A stretch of 64,000 nucleotides of DNA from Longimicrobiales bacterium (GCA_041690395.1 JAWLHJ010000005.1:416001-480000), one strand, 5' to 3'. Positions 29,626 to 40,377 are shown, counted from the first letter of the stretch. Notes: generated from the letters alone by a model not told the origin. Numbers and translations are program-made.

Positions 29626-30468
29626 TCAGCCGTCGACCCGTTCCCCCGTCCCGGAGAACGGGCCGTCGGTGACGTCGAGCCGCGTCGTGCGCCCGTCGCG
29701 GACGTGGAACGTCAGGCGCACGGCCGGCGACCCGGTGGGGTGGAACACGTCGTCCTCCCCGTCGACCGGGAGCATCCTCCCGGTGGGGTCGGCGCCGGCA
29801 CCGACCATCAGCCACCCGTTCCGCACACCCACCACGAGCTCCACGGGCGGCTCCGCGTCGAAGCGGAAGCGACCACCGTACCGGGCCGCCTCTCGCTCAC
29901 CCGCCTCGAATCCGAAGGGGACGGGGTCCGGCCCGAACCGCTCGTGCAGGTACCCCACCACGTCGGCGGCGTCGGCACCTCCGGCCTCCGCGTGCCGCGT
30001 GAGCGAGATCCCGTGGGGGCCGTGCAGCAGGAAGAGGTCCGGGTCGGCCTCGAGGTATGCACGCACCGTATCGATCTGGCCGAGCATGGCCGCCGAGAAG
30101 ATGGTCGGACGGGCGCCGTGCGCGATCAGCAGCTCCGCGATGTCGCGACGCCCCACGTGGGAGGCCGCGCCCAGCGGCGTCTCCCAATCCCCGAGCTGCC
30201 AGTCCCACGACGCCTTGGCCAGGGACGGTTGCTCCGTGACGAGCGTGCGTACGAGATCTATGTTGCCGTGCGACGCTCCCACCACCGTCCGGACGCGGTC
30301 GGGGTCGGTGCGTGGAAACGCGACGGGCGACGTGCCGGGCGTGTGGGTCCCGGTCCCGCCGCGATCTCCGGTACGCTGCACGGCGAGGAGGGGGAAGGCG
30401 CCGAGGACGGCGGCTTGCCGGAGGAAGCTTCTGCGCGACGGTTGGACCTGGGCTTCACGGCCGATCAT
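29626..30468 (-). CDS. Tat-exported ankyrin-repeat protein
   Basis: SRRSFLR Tat motif; ETPLGAASHVGRRDIAELLIAHGA and IFSAAMLG ankyrin-like repeats; GGAGG RBS. Confidence 0.75.
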   Translation of the reverse strand: MIGREAQVQPSRRSFLRQAAVLGAFPLLAVQRTGDRGGTGTHTPGTSPVAFPRTDPDRVRTVVGASHGNIDLVRTLVTEQPSLAKASWDWQLGDWETPLGAASHVGRRDIAELLIAHGARPTIFSAAMLGQIDTVRAYLEADPDLFLLHGPHGISLTRHAEAGGADAADVVGYLHERFGPDPVPFGFEAGEREAARYGGRFRFDAEPPVELVVGVRNGWLMVGAGADPTGRMLPVDGEDDVFHPTGSPAVRLTFHVRDGRTTRLDVTDGPFSGTGERVDG

Positions 30469-30598
30469 GCTCGTATGACCTCCGATGAGGGATCGTTCAG
30501 CGGCGTTCGTTGCGTCGTCGAGTCCCACGCTGTCGAGGGCTTCGGGCGGACGCCATGCGCGAGCGATGAGGAGGGGGCGAGGAAGCGATGAGGAAATC

Positions 30599-31567
30599 AT
30601 GAGCGAGCGTGCCGAGCGAGCGCTGTCCGCCGCGGGAATCGCCTTCGATCCGGATAGCGGCGACCTCCGGGGGCCGGGCGGTGCCGCGCGTCTCGCGCCC
30701 CAGCCCGCGGCCCTGCTGGAGCTCTTGTCACGGCAGGCCGGGGAGATCGTGACCCGCGACGAGTTGAAGGACCACCTGTGGCCGGGCGGTAGGGTGGAGT
30801 TCGACCAGGGGATCGCGTTCGCGCTCCGAGAGGTCCGGAAGACGCTCGAGGAAGTGGGTGTGGACCCGGCCGTCATCGAGACGCTCCCGCGGCGAGGCCT
30901 GCGGCTGAAGGGACCGGTGGGCAGGAACCCGGCTTCCGCGGGTGCGGCGTTCCGATCCGGCGCGTCGGGCTCCGTCGCGTCGGACTCCCTCCGCGGACCC
31001 GGTCCCTCCCGCCCGACCGAAGAGGGAGGCACGTCGAGATCGACGATGAGCGCGGCCTGGCTCGTCGTGGCCCTCGCCTCGGTCGTCGTGGCGATCGCCG
31101 GCGGGCTTCGATGGGCGACGGGGGCCGCCGGTCCGCCGGTGCTGGTCGTGTTTCCGTACGAGTTCGCCGACACGGGAGGGAACGGGGACGAGGCTGCCGC
31201 CTTGCGGGATGCCGACGTCGGAGCACTGACGGAGGCCGTCGTCGCCGCGCTGACATCTTCTCTGGGGGGTGACGCGGGCGTGGTCGGACCGGCCGGAGTC
31301 GCCGGCCTCCGGGGGCCGGACGACGTGGAGGGCGCGCGCTCCGCGCTCGGCGCGTGTCTGCTGTTGAGCGGATCCGTGCGGTTCCTCTCGCGAGATACCC
31401 TCGTCGTCTTCAGCCAGATCGTCAGAGCGTCCGACCGTGTGCATCTCTGGGCGGAGCGGGACACCCTCCTCGCCGGGACGGCGGCCAGCGTCCTCGCCGA
31501 CCGGATCGTCGAAGGAGCGAGAGGAGCCGTCTCGCGCTGTCGAGCGGGAGCGCGGGTGTCCCGATGA
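30599..31567 (+). CDS. CadC/ToxR-like membrane-anchored winged-helix regulator
   Basis: LAPQPAALLELL...GEIVTRDEL...LW...IETLPRRGLRL OmpR-type wHTH, then a TM helix and a TolB_N-like domain. Confidence 0.8.
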   Translation: MSERAERALSAAGIAFDPDSGDLRGPGGAARLAPQPAALLELLSRQAGEIVTRDELKDHLWPGGRVEFDQGIAFALREVRKTLEEVGVDPAVIETLPRRGLRLKGPVGRNPASAGAAFRSGASGSVASDSLRGPGPSRPTEEGGTSRSTMSAAWLVVALASVVVAIAGGLRWATGAAGPPVLVVFPYEFADTGGNGDEAAALRDADVGALTEAVVAALTSSLGGDAGVVGPAGVAGLRGPDDVEGARSALGACLLLSGSVRFLSRDTLVVFSQIVRASDRVHLWAERDTLLAGTAASVLADRIVEGARGAVSRCRAGARVSR

Positions 31568-31624
31568 CTCGGGACACTCGCCGCCGGCTTGCGTCCGGGC
31601 CGCGGCGGTCCGCATGATCGGCCG

Positions 31625-33238
31625 ATGACCTTCAACGAACGTGATGCCCGGCCCGAGCGCTCGGACCCGTCGTCCAGGCGCGACGCTCCCACGGGTGAGG
31701 CCCCCTCTCCCGTCGTGCTCGACGGCGGGGCGCTCACCGTGTCCGACGTGGTCGCCGTCGCGCGCGCCGGGGCGGAGGTGCGGCTCGGTCCTGCGGCCCG
31801 GGAGCGCCTCGCCCGTTCCCGCTCCCGCCTGGAAGGGGCGCTTTCCCGCCATGAGGCGATCTACGGGGTGAACACGGGCTTCGGCTCGCTCTCCCGCCAG
31901 CGCATCGCCGAGCACGAGCTCGGCGAGGTGCAGCACAACCTGCTCCGCTCGCACGCGGCCGGTGTCGGCGACGCGCTCGCGGCCGACGTGGTCCGCGCGA
32001 TGATGCTCCTCCTCGCGGCTTCGCTGTCCCGCGGCCACTCCGGCGCGCGCCCCGGCCTCGCCCAGGCGCTCGTCGACCTGCTCGAGGCCGGCATCACGCC
32101 GGTGGTGCCGGAGACGGGGTCGGTGGGCGCTTCCGGCGATCTGGCTCCGCTCGCGCACGCTTCGTTGGCCCTCATCGGCGAGGGCCGGGTCGACTTCGAC
32201 GGGGAGCGTATGGACGCGGCCGACGCGCTCGCCCGCGCCGGCCTGCGTCCGGTGGAGCTGACCGCCAAGGAGGGGCTGGCGCTCATCAACGGCACGCACC
32301 TGATGGCGGCCCGGGCGGCTCTGCTGCTCCACGACATCGACCATCTCCTCGGCGCGTGCGTGACCGCATGCGCGATGTCGATCGACGCGTGTCGGGCGTC
32401 GCACGTGTTCCTCGACCCCAGGGTGCACGAGGTGCGCAGGCAGAGGGGGCAGATCCGGGTCGCGGCGGCGCTCCGGGACCTCCTCTTCGGGAGCGAGATC
32501 CGGGACTCCCATCGTACGGACGATCCGCGGGTTCAGGATCCGTATTCGCTGCGGTGCGCCCCGCAGGTGCTGGGGGCCGCGCTCGACGCGATCGGCGGGG
32601 TCCGTCGGGCCGTGGTCCTCGAGCTGGACGCGGTCACCGACAACCCGCTCGTCTTCGAGGGGACGGACGGTCGTGACGTCGATGTCCTCTCGGCCGGCAA
32701 CTTCCACGGGATGCCTCTCGCGATTCCGCTCGATGCGCTCGCGGTCGCGATCGCGCACGTGGCCGGCATCAGCGAGCGGCGCATCTACCTCATGCTGGCG
32801 GCCCAGGACCCGGAGGCCCACCTCACGGCGTATCTGAGCCCGAAGCCCGGGCTCCACTCCGGGTACATGATCGCGCAGTACACGGCCGCCGCCTGTTGCA
32901 ACGAGATCATTCAGCTCGCGGGGCCGGCCAGCGTGGCGAACATCCCGACGAGCGCCGGCATGGAGGACTACAACTCCTTCGGTCCGGCGTCCGCGAAGAA
33001 GGCGCGTCGCGCGCTCGACCTCGCGGAGAGCGTCGTGGCCATCGAGCTGATGTGCGCGACGCAGGCGCTCGAGGCACACCGTCCGCTGAAGTCCGGGGCG
33101 GGTGTGGAGGCGGCCCGGGCCGCGGTGCGTAGCGTGGTCGAGCCGCTCCTGGCCGACCGGTCGCCGTCGCCCGACATCGCGGCCGTGACCGAGCTCATCC
33201 GCGCAGGCACGTTCACCCCGATTCCCATCGAGCCATGA
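31625..33238 (+). CDS. hutH: Histidine ammonia-lyase
   Basis: [22 protein letters not shown] motif [31 protein letters not shown]. Confidence 0.96.
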   Translation: MTFNERDARPERSDPSSRRDAPTGEAPSPVVLDGGALTVSDVVAVARAGAEVRLGPAARERLARSRSRLEGALSRHEAIYGVNTGFGSLSRQRIAEHELGEVQHNLLRSHAAGVGDALAADVVRAMMLLLAASLSRGHSGARPGLAQALVDLLEAGITPVVPETGSVGASGDLAPLAHASLALIGEGRVDFDGERMDAADALARAGLRPVELTAKEGLALINGTHLMAARAALLLHDIDHLLGACVTACAMSIDACRASHVFLDPRVHEVRRQRGQIRVAAALRDLLFGSEIRDSHRTDDPRVQDPYSLRCAPQVLGAALDAIGGVRRAVVLELDAVTDNPLVFEGTDGRDVDVLSAGNFHGMPLAIPLDALAVAIAHVAGISERRIYLMLAAQDPEAHLTAYLSPKPGLHSGYMIAQYTAAACCNEIIQLAGPASVANIPTSAGMEDYNSFGPASAKKARRALDLAESVVAIELMCATQALEAHRPLKSGAGVEAARAAVRSVVEPLLADRSPSPDIAAVTELIRAGTFTPIPIEP

Positions 33239-34974
33239 GCGAAGGTTCCCGCACCGTGCGCGCGCCGCGCGGCCCCGAGCGCGTCTGCTCCACGTGGCAG
33301 GCCGAGGCCGCCATGCGGATGCTGATGAACAATCTAGACCCCGAGGTCGCGGAGATCCCCGAAAAGCTGGTCGTGTACGGGGGACGCGGACAGGCCGCGA
33401 GGAACTGGGCCTGCTTCGACGCCATCGTCCGGACGCTCCGGCGCCTCGAGCCCGACGAGACACTGCTCGTCCAGTCGGGCAAGCCGGTGGGTGTCGTCCG
33501 CACCCACGCCGACGCCCCGCGCGTGCTCATCGCGAACAGCAATCTCGTGCCGCACTGGGCGACCCAGGAGCACTTCGACGAGCTGTGCGCCCGGGGACTC
33601 ATGATGTACGGCCAGATGACCGCCGGCTCCTGGATCTACATCGGGACGCAGGGCATCCTGCAGGGCACCTTCGAGACGTTCGCGGAGTGCGCCCGCCAGC
33701 ACTTCGGGGGATCGCTGGCGGGTACGCTGAGCGTGACGGCGGGATGCGGCGGCATGGGCGGCGCCCAGCCGCTCTCTGTGACGATGAACGGGGGCGTCTG
33801 CCTCATCGCGGACGTGGACCCGGGGCGGCTCGACCGGCGCGTGCGTGAGCGGTATCTGCACGAGGTCGTGGACGGGGTGGGGACCGCCGCGATCGACGCG
33901 GCGATCGACCGGGCCCTCGAGTGCAAGGCGGCGCGGGAGGCGCGCTCCATCGGGGTCTGCTGCAACGCCACCGAGCTGCTCGCGCGGCTTCTCGAGCGCG
34001 ACGTCGTCCCCGACATCCTGACCGACCAGACGTCGGCGCACGACCCGAGGAGCTACGTCCCGGACGGATTGACGCTCGAGGCGGCGGCCAGGCTGCTCAC
34101 CGACGATCCCCGGGGGTACGAGACGAGGGCCCGGGACACCATGCGCCGCCACGTGGAGCTCATGGTCCGTCTCCAGGGGCGCGGGGCGGTCACCTTCGAT
34201 TACGGCAACAACATCCGCCAGGTCGCGCTCGAGGAGGGCTTCGCCGACGCGTTCGCCTTTCCTGGCTTCGTGCCGGCGTACATCCGGCCGCAATTCTGCG
34301 TGGGACGCGGACCGTTCCGGTGGGTGGCGCTCTCCGGCGATCCGACGGACATCTACCGCACGGACCTGGAGCTGCTCCGCCGCTTTCCGGCCGATGCGGG
34401 TGGGTACAACGAGCGGCTCCACCGCTGGATCCTGAGCTGTCACGCCCGGCCCGAGGCGCTCCTGGCCGGGGACTTCGAGGCGTGCGAGCCGGCCTTCGCG
34501 TTCCAGGGACTCCCGGCGCGAATCTGCTGGTTCGGCCTCGGCGAGCGCCACCGCGCGGGGCTGCTGTTCAACGACATGGTGGCGTCCGGGGAGCTCCGGG
34601 CGCCGATCGTGATCGGGCGCGACCACCTCGATTGCGGCTCCGTCGCGTCGCCCAACCGTGAGACCGAGGGGATGAAGGACGGCACCGACGCCGTGAGCGA
34701 CTGGGCGCTCCTCAACGCCATGGTCAACGTGGCCAGCGGTGCGAGCTGGGTGAGCTTCCACCACGGCGGTGGGGTGGGCATCGGATACTCGCAGCACGCG
34801 GGCCAGGTCGTGGTCGCGGACGGGACGCCCGAAGCCGCACGCCGTCTCGAGCGTGTGCTGACGAACGATCCGACCACGGGTGTGTTCCGCCACGTCGACG
34901 CGGGCTATGAGGAGGCGGTCGCCTGCGCGAGGGAGCGGGGCGTGGACGTGCCCATGGGGGGCGACTCCACGTGA
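33235..34974 (+). CDS. hutU: Urocanate hydratase
   Basis: [64 protein letters not shown]. Confidence 0.97.
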   Translation: MSEGSRTVRAPRGPERVCSTWQAEAAMRMLMNNLDPEVAEIPEKLVVYGGRGQAARNWACFDAIVRTLRRLEPDETLLVQSGKPVGVVRTHADAPRVLIANSNLVPHWATQEHFDELCARGLMMYGQMTAGSWIYIGTQGILQGTFETFAECARQHFGGSLAGTLSVTAGCGGMGGAQPLSVTMNGGVCLIADVDPGRLDRRVRERYLHEVVDGVGTAAIDAAIDRALECKAAREARSIGVCCNATELLARLLERDVVPDILTDQTSAHDPRSYVPDGLTLEAAARLLTDDPRGYETRARDTMRRHVELMVRLQGRGAVTFDYGNNIRQVALEEGFADAFAFPGFVPAYIRPQFCVGRGPFRWVALSGDPTDIYRTDLELLRRFPADAGGYNERLHRWILSCHARPEALLAGDFEACEPAFAFQGLPARICWFGLGERHRAGLLFNDMVASGELRAPIVIGRDHLDCGSVASPNRETEGMKDGTDAVSDWALLNAMVNVASGASWVSFHHGGGVGIGYSQHAGQVVVADGTPEAARRLERVLTNDPTTGVFRHVDAGYEEAVACARERGVDVPMGGDST

Positions 34975-35954
34975 GCGCGATCCCCCACACCGTTGCCGGA
35001 GTCTGGCCGCCGCTCAGCGACAGGCGCTTCGCGTCGAGGATCGAGCGGGACGTCGAGGCGTTCCTCGCGGGGCGAGGTCACGGAGCGGTGTCCTCGCTCG
35101 CCGTCATGGGACTCCCCGACGACACCGGGGTCGCGCTGAACCACGGACGGGTGGGCGCCGCGGCCGGGCCGGGTGCGTTCCGGGCCGCGCTGGCGCGCTA
35201 CGGTGGAAGCTACGATCTGGAACGCGGTGCGGAGACGACGGTGCCCGTGGTCGACGCCGGAGACGTCCTGCCGGTGCACGGCGAGGGGGAGGAGGCGCTG
35301 CTCGAGACGCACGAACGGGTCCGGGAGGCCGCGGCCGCGCTCTATGCGGCGGGGCTGACGCCGGTCTTCATCGGCGGCGGGCACGACCTGACGCTGCCGA
35401 CCGTCCGCGCGTTCGCCGAGGCGTCGGGTGGGCCGGTGGGCGGCATCAACGTCGACGCGCACCTCGACGTCCGGGAGCGCGTGGGTTCGGGCATGGCGTT
35501 TCGTCGTCTGTTGGACGAAGGGCGAATCGATGCACGGCGGTTCGTGACGTTCGGAGCCGCTCGCTTCGTCCACGAGGCCGAGCACGTGCGATGGCTGGAG
35601 GGCCTCGGAGCGACCCTGGTCGGTATGGAGCGGGCGCTCGCCGGCGAGGAGGAGATCGCCCGGGCGTTCGAGCTGGCCACGGGACGCGGAGACGAGGCGC
35701 CGCGATGCTTCGTGACGCTCGATCTCGACGCGATCGACGTGACGCACGCCCCCGGGGTGAGCGCCACGAACCCGGCCGGGCTCGACGTCCGGACCGTCAC
35801 GGCGATCGCCGAGCGTGCCGGACGCTCGCCGGCCGTGGGACACTTCGATCTGATGGAGCTGAGCCCTCCGCACGACACGGACGGACGGACCGCGCGCCTC
35901 GCCGCTCTACTGTTCCTGCACTTCGTGGCCGGCTTCGCCGAGCGGCCGGCGTGA
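34971..35954 (+). CDS. hutG: Formimidoylglutamase (arginase family)
   Basis: [20 protein letters not shown]...APGVSA, ELSP; located inside the hut operon. Confidence 0.9.
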   Translation: MSAIPHTVAGVWPPLSDRRFASRIERDVEAFLAGRGHGAVSSLAVMGLPDDTGVALNHGRVGAAAGPGAFRAALARYGGSYDLERGAETTVPVVDAGDVLPVHGEGEEALLETHERVREAAAALYAAGLTPVFIGGGHDLTLPTVRAFAEASGGPVGGINVDAHLDVRERVGSGMAFRRLLDEGRIDARRFVTFGAARFVHEAEHVRWLEGLGATLVGMERALAGEEEIARAFELATGRGDEAPRCFVTLDLDAIDVTHAPGVSATNPAGLDVRTVTAIAERAGRSPAVGHFDLMELSPPHDTDGRTARLAALLFLHFVAGFAERPA

Positions 35955-37180
35955 GCGGAGGCGGAGCCGCACCCCTGTTCGTTCGGGACGCCCGCGTGGT
36001 CACCCTCACGGAGCGGGGGACGCTGGAGCGCGCGTCGGTGCTCGTGCGGGGCGACCGGATCGTGTCGGTCGGCCCTGACCTGACCGCGCCCGCCGACGCG
36101 CGGGTGATCGAGGCGGGCGGGCGCGTGCTGCTCCCCGGCTTCGTCGACGCCCACACGCACGCGTTGTGGGCCGGCGACCGACTGGACGAGTTCGAGGCGC
36201 AGCTCGCGGGCGCATCGTACCTGGACGTGCTCGAGGCGGGTGGCGGCATCATGTCGACGGTGCGCGCGGTCCGCGGCGCCTCGAGAGCCGAGCTCACGGG
36301 TCTTCTCGAGGGGAGACTGGCTCGTATGCTGCGGGCTGGCACCACGACGGTCGAGGTGAAGTCCGGCTACGGCCTGTCTACCGAGCACGAGCTCGAGTCA
36401 CTCGCCGCGATCGGCGACGCGGCTTCGCGCTTCCCTGGCTCCGTCGTCCGCACGGCGCTCCTGGGGCACGCGCTCGATCCCGACGTGGCCGCCTTCGTGG
36501 ACCGCACCATCGAGGAGACGCTGCCCGCCGTGAGTGAGGCGTTCCCGGGCGTGACGGTGGACGCGTACTGCGAGCGCTCGGCGTGGTCGCTCGAGGCGTG
36601 TGTCCGGCTCTTCGAGGCGGCCGTGGCCCGGGGCCATCCGTACCGGGTACACGCCGACCAGTTCAACCCCCTCGGCATGACCGAATGGGCCGCCGCTCAC
36701 GGGGCCCTCAGCGTCGACCATCTCGAGGCGAGCACGTCGGAGGGGCTGGAGCGGCTCGCCCGGTCGGACACGTACGCCGTCATGCTCCCCGCGTGTGGAC
36801 TACACCTGGACGACCGGTACGCGAACGGGCGGGGCTTCGTGGACGCCGCGGGCGGCGCGGACCGGCTGGTGATCGCCACGAACTACAACCCCGGGTCGGC
36901 GCCTACCTTCTCGATGCCGTTGATCGTCGCGCTCGCGGTCCGGAAGCTGGGCCTGACGGTGGACGAGGCGCTCCGTGCCTGCACCGTGAACGCCGCGAGG
37001 CTGCTCGGATTCGACGACCGTGGGACCGTCGAGGCGGGAATGCGCGCGGATATGCTACTCACGAGCGCACGGGACGAGCGAATACTCGCCTACGAGATGG
37101 GGGGCGATCCCGTGGAGGTCGTGGTGTGCGGCGGGCGCGTGGTGCGGGGGGCGGAGCCGCGCGGGCCCGTCAGCGGGTGA
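35951..37180 (+). CDS. hutI: Imidazolonepropionase
   Basis: PGFVDAHTH, GGGIMSTVRAVR, EVKSGYGL, HADQ, DHLE, NPGS. GTGA overlap with hutG. Confidence 0.93.
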   Translation: MSGGGAAPLFVRDARVVTLTERGTLERASVLVRGDRIVSVGPDLTAPADARVIEAGGRVLLPGFVDAHTHALWAGDRLDEFEAQLAGASYLDVLEAGGGIMSTVRAVRGASRAELTGLLEGRLARMLRAGTTTVEVKSGYGLSTEHELESLAAIGDAASRFPGSVVRTALLGHALDPDVAAFVDRTIEETLPAVSEAFPGVTVDAYCERSAWSLEACVRLFEAAVARGHPYRVHADQFNPLGMTEWAAAHGALSVDHLEASTSEGLERLARSDTYAVMLPACGLHLDDRYANGRGFVDAAGGADRLVIATNYNPGSAPTFSMPLIVALAVRKLGLTVDEALRACTVNAARLLGFDDRGTVEAGMRADMLLTSARDERILAYEMGGDPVEVVVCGGRVVRGAEPRGPVSG

Positions 37181-37433
37181 CTTCCCTGCGCTCCTGAAGC
37201 ACTTCCGCCAGGGTCTCGACGCGATCCTGGATGGCGTCTCGCAGGGCGTCGAGGGAGAGGGACTTGCCGCCGACCTTCACCGTCTCCTGCTCGAGCTCTT
37301 CCTTGCGGGCCTTGGCCAGCTTTTCGCGCGCCGTTTCGGCCTTCCCAAGCGCGAAGAGCGCCTTCTGCATCCAGCGGGACTCGCTCTGCACGAGACGACG
37401 TTCTTTCCTGAGCTGGCGCTTGTCCTTGGCCAC
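37170..37433 (-). CDS. Small charged alpha-helical hypothetical protein (87 aa)
   Basis: GGGAGG RBS before GTG, near-consensus promoter, protein-like Lys/Glu/Arg-rich sequence. Confidence 0.75.
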   Translation of the reverse strand: MAKDKRQLRKERRLVQSESRWMQKALFALGKAETAREKLAKARKEELEQETVKVGGKSLSLDALRDAIQDRVETLAEVLQERREVTR

Positions 37434-37470
37434 GTATACCTCCCAAACTAGAAACCCGTAATCGTAAACT

Positions 37471-37499
37471 ATTATATGTCAACAGGTTAAATCGATCAA
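37471..37499 (-). promoter_or_regulatory. Near-consensus sigma70 promoter of the 87-aa gene
   Basis: Minus-strand TTGATC-N17-TATAAT within a strongly AT-rich patch. Confidence 0.75.
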
Positions 37500-37602
37500 G
37501 GCGCGGCCGGAGCCCGGCGTGGCGCCCGAGCGGCCTCGCACGACCCGCTCCGATGGTACCCGGAGCCCCTTCCGGTGTATCTTTTGGCCGTAGTCCGTTC
37601 CA

Positions 37603-38355
37603 GTGCATCCGGAGATGATCGTGACCCCTCTTTGCAACCGACGCGCCGCGGGACTCGCTTCCGTCGCCGCGCTGCTATCCGTCGCCGCGTGCGGGGGATC
37701 GTCCGCCCCTGCGTCCGCCCCCGCTCCTGCCGCCGAGTCCGGCCCGCTGGTCGTGCAGGCCGGCGCCCCCGGCGAGGCGACCCGGGGCTACGAGGGCGGC
37801 TCGCTGAGCGACCTCCAGGGCGCGGCCCACACCGAGGCCGACGTGGCCTTCATGCAGGGCATGATCCACCATCACGCCCAGGCGCTGGAGATGACGGCGC
37901 TGATCTCCGACCGCACCACGAACCCGGCCATCCGCCAGATGGGTCTCCGCATGGAGATCTCCCAGGGCGACGAGATCGCCATCATGGAGCGGTGGCTGCG
38001 GGAGCGGGGGCTCGACGTTCCGGAGTGGCGCCCGACGGCGTCGGGCGAGCACGCGGGCCACGCCGGCATGGATCACGCCGCCATGGGCCACGACATGGGC
38101 GAGGGCATGATGCCCGGCATGCTGACCCCCGAGCAGATGGCCCAGCTCGGGGCGGCCGAGGGACCGGCGTTCGACAGGCTCTTCCTCGAGCTCATGATCC
38201 AGCATCACGAGGGGGCCCTCGCGATGGTGCGGGACCTCTACAACTCGCCCGGAGCCGCTCAGGAGTCCATCGTGTACCACTTCGCGAGCGAGGTCGACGC
38301 CGACCAGGACATCGAGATCCGCCGCATGAGGCAGATCCTCGAAACCTTGCGCTGA
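37603..38355 (+). CDS. DUF305 (CopM-like ferritin-fold) lipoprotein
   Basis: ADVAFMQGMIHHHAQALEM and FDRLFLELMIQHHEGALAM, His/Met-rich linker, lipobox VAAC. Start may be 37615. Confidence 0.88.
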   Translation: MHPEMIVTPLCNRRAAGLASVAALLSVAACGGSSAPASAPAPAAESGPLVVQAGAPGEATRGYEGGSLSDLQGAAHTEADVAFMQGMIHHHAQALEMTALISDRTTNPAIRQMGLRMEISQGDEIAIMERWLRERGLDVPEWRPTASGEHAGHAGMDHAAMGHDMGEGMMPGMLTPEQMAQLGAAEGPAFDRLFLELMIQHHEGALAMVRDLYNSPGAAQESIVYHFASEVDADQDIEIRRMRQILETLR

Positions 38356-38366
38356 CACCGGCTCCG

Positions 38367-40238
38367 ATGAGCTTCACCACCATAGACGTACCCACGCGTA
38401 CCCTGGAGATGTTCGAGATGACGAGATCCGCTACGACCCCCCGCCGCCGCCACGGCCTGGCGAGCCTGCTGGTGCGGGCGGCGATGCTGTCCCTTCTGCT
38501 GGTCCTGCCGGTCGCGACCGTCGAGGCCCAGATGCAGTCGGAAGAGCCTCAGATGACCTGGGACCCGAACGATCCTCGGATCGACCTCGCGGCCGGCTGG
38601 ACGGACGCCGAGGAGGCGATCTGGAACCTCCGGCTCCTGACCAGCCTCGAGCGCCCGGAAGGCTTCCTCAACCCCGAAACCCCGGGCGACGGGCGCTTCA
38701 ACAACACGGACGTGGCGTTCAGCGGTGACCGCCTCTTCCAGGGCAACTACAACGGCTTCCAGGTCTACGACATCTCCGATCCCGCGAATCCGCGGCTCGA
38801 AGTCGGCGTCGTCTGCCCGGGTGGTCAGGGCGACGTGTCCGTGTACGGCAACCTCCTGGTCATGTCCGCGCAGGAGAACCGAGGGCGTCTCGACTGCGGC
38901 ATCCAGGGCGTCGAGGAGACGGTGAGCGACGTGCGGCTGCTCGGCGTGCGCATCTTCGACATCTCCGACCTCACGAATCCCCGCCAGGTGGCCGCGGTAC
39001 AGTCCTGCCGCGGATCGCACACGCACACGTTGGTCGAGGACCCGACGGATCCGGACCACGTCTACATCTACATCCAGGGCACGGGCGGCGTCCGTCCTGC
39101 GGAGGAGCTGGCGGGCTGCTCGGGAGCCGATCCCGAGGAGGACGAGAACACCGCGCTCTTCCGCATCGAGGTCGTGCGCGTACCGCTGGCCAACCCGGAG
39201 CTCGCCGAGGTCGTGAACATGCCGCGCATCTTCGCGGACGCCGAGACGGGCGAGATCGCCGGTCTCTGGGGCGGTGGTGACCACGGCCCCGGCACGCAGG
39301 CGTCGCGCCGCACGACTCAGTGCCACGACATCACGGCGTATCCGGAGATCGGACTCGCCGCGGGTGCGTGCGCCGGCAACGGCATCCTTCTCGACATCAC
39401 GGACCCGGTGAACCCGACCCGTGTCGAAGAGGTCATCGACCCGAACTTCGCCTACTGGCACTCCGCGACCTTCAACAACGACGCGACCAAGATCCTCTTC
39501 ACGGACGAGTGGGGCGGTGGTTCCGCTCCGCGCTGCCGGGCGACGGATCCCGATACCTGGGGCGCGAACGCGATCTTCCGCCTCGTGGACGGTCACCTCG
39601 AGCTGGCCGGCTACTACAAGCTTCCCGTGCCGCAGGGCGAGACCGAGAACTGCGTGGCGCACAACGGCTCGATGATCCCGGTGCCGGGCCGTGACATCAT
39701 GGTCCAGGCGTGGTACCAGGGCGGCGTGTCGATCCTCGACTTCACCGACCCGGCGAACGCCTACGAGATCGCCTACTTCGACCGCGGTCCGCTGAGCGAC
39801 ACCGAGCTCTACACCGGCGGTTACTGGTCGACCTACTGGTACAACGGCGCGATCTACGGCGCCGAGATCTCCCGAGGGATCGACGTGTTCGAGCTCACGC
39901 CGAGCGAGCACTTGTCCGAGGCCGAGATCGAGGCCGCGAAGCTCGCCACCCTGGACGAGTTCAACGCGCAGATGCAGCCGCGCTTCACGTGGCCGGCCGC
40001 CGTGCCGGTGGCGCGCGCGTACCTGGAGCAGCTGGTGCGTGAGCGACGCATTCTGGACGAGCGGGCGCAGGAGGTCGAGCGCGTGCTGAACGGCCGCGCA
40101 TCGGCCGACCAGCTCAACGACGTGGCGCTGGCCCTCGAGGCCGACGTCATCCAGATCCGGTCTGCTCAGCTGGGGGGTGACCCCGACAAGCTGGCCGCGT
40201 TGGCCCGGACGCTGCGCGGGCTGGCCGCCCAGCAGTAG
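38367..40238 (+). CDS. LVIVD-repeat secreted protein
   Basis: NTDVAFSG, GFQVYDISDP.NP, CPGGQGDVS, VRIFDISD..NP, CHDIT, FAYWHSATF, ENCVAHNG. Start uncertain. Confidence 0.85.
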   Translation: MSFTTIDVPTRTLEMFEMTRSATTPRRRHGLASLLVRAAMLSLLLVLPVATVEAQMQSEEPQMTWDPNDPRIDLAAGWTDAEEAIWNLRLLTSLERPEGFLNPETPGDGRFNNTDVAFSGDRLFQGNYNGFQVYDISDPANPRLEVGVVCPGGQGDVSVYGNLLVMSAQENRGRLDCGIQGVEETVSDVRLLGVRIFDISDLTNPRQVAAVQSCRGSHTHTLVEDPTDPDHVYIYIQGTGGVRPAEELAGCSGADPEEDENTALFRIEVVRVPLANPELAEVVNMPRIFADAETGEIAGLWGGGDHGPGTQASRRTTQCHDITAYPEIGLAAGACAGNGILLDITDPVNPTRVEEVIDPNFAYWHSATFNNDATKILFTDEWGGGSAPRCRATDPDTWGANAIFRLVDGHLELAGYYKLPVPQGETENCVAHNGSMIPVPGRDIMVQAWYQGGVSILDFTDPANAYEIAYFDRGPLSDTELYTGGYWSTYWYNGAIYGAEISRGIDVFELTPSEHLSEAEIEAAKLATLDEFNAQMQPRFTWPAAVPVARAYLEQLVRERRILDERAQEVERVLNGRASADQLNDVALALEADVIQIRSAQLGGDPDKLAALARTLRGLAAQQ

Positions 40239-40246
40239 ACGACGGT

Positions 40247-40312
40247 CGGCGCGGCGAACGCCGCGCCGGATTGAAGCACGACGAGGGGGCGCACCGGGTG
40301 GTGTGCCCCCTC
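40247..40312 (+). terminator. Two tandem GC-rich hairpins downstream of the LVIVD gene
   Basis: CGGCGCGGCG-AA-CGCCGCGCCG (40247-40268) and GAGGGGGCGCACC-GGGT-GGTGTGCCCCCTC (40283-40312). No strong U-tract. Confidence 0.5.
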
Positions 40313-40377
40313 CGTCGTTCCAAGCGGCTCCGTGCAGTGCGGCCGGCTCGGTGCGTCTCGATCTCTTTTTCGCCTCC

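Noticed and set aside
31625..33238. MIO enzyme as a secondary-metabolite aminomutase or PAL/TAL
   Set aside because: It has the HAL-type LRSH motif and is translationally coupled to hutU-hutG-hutI.
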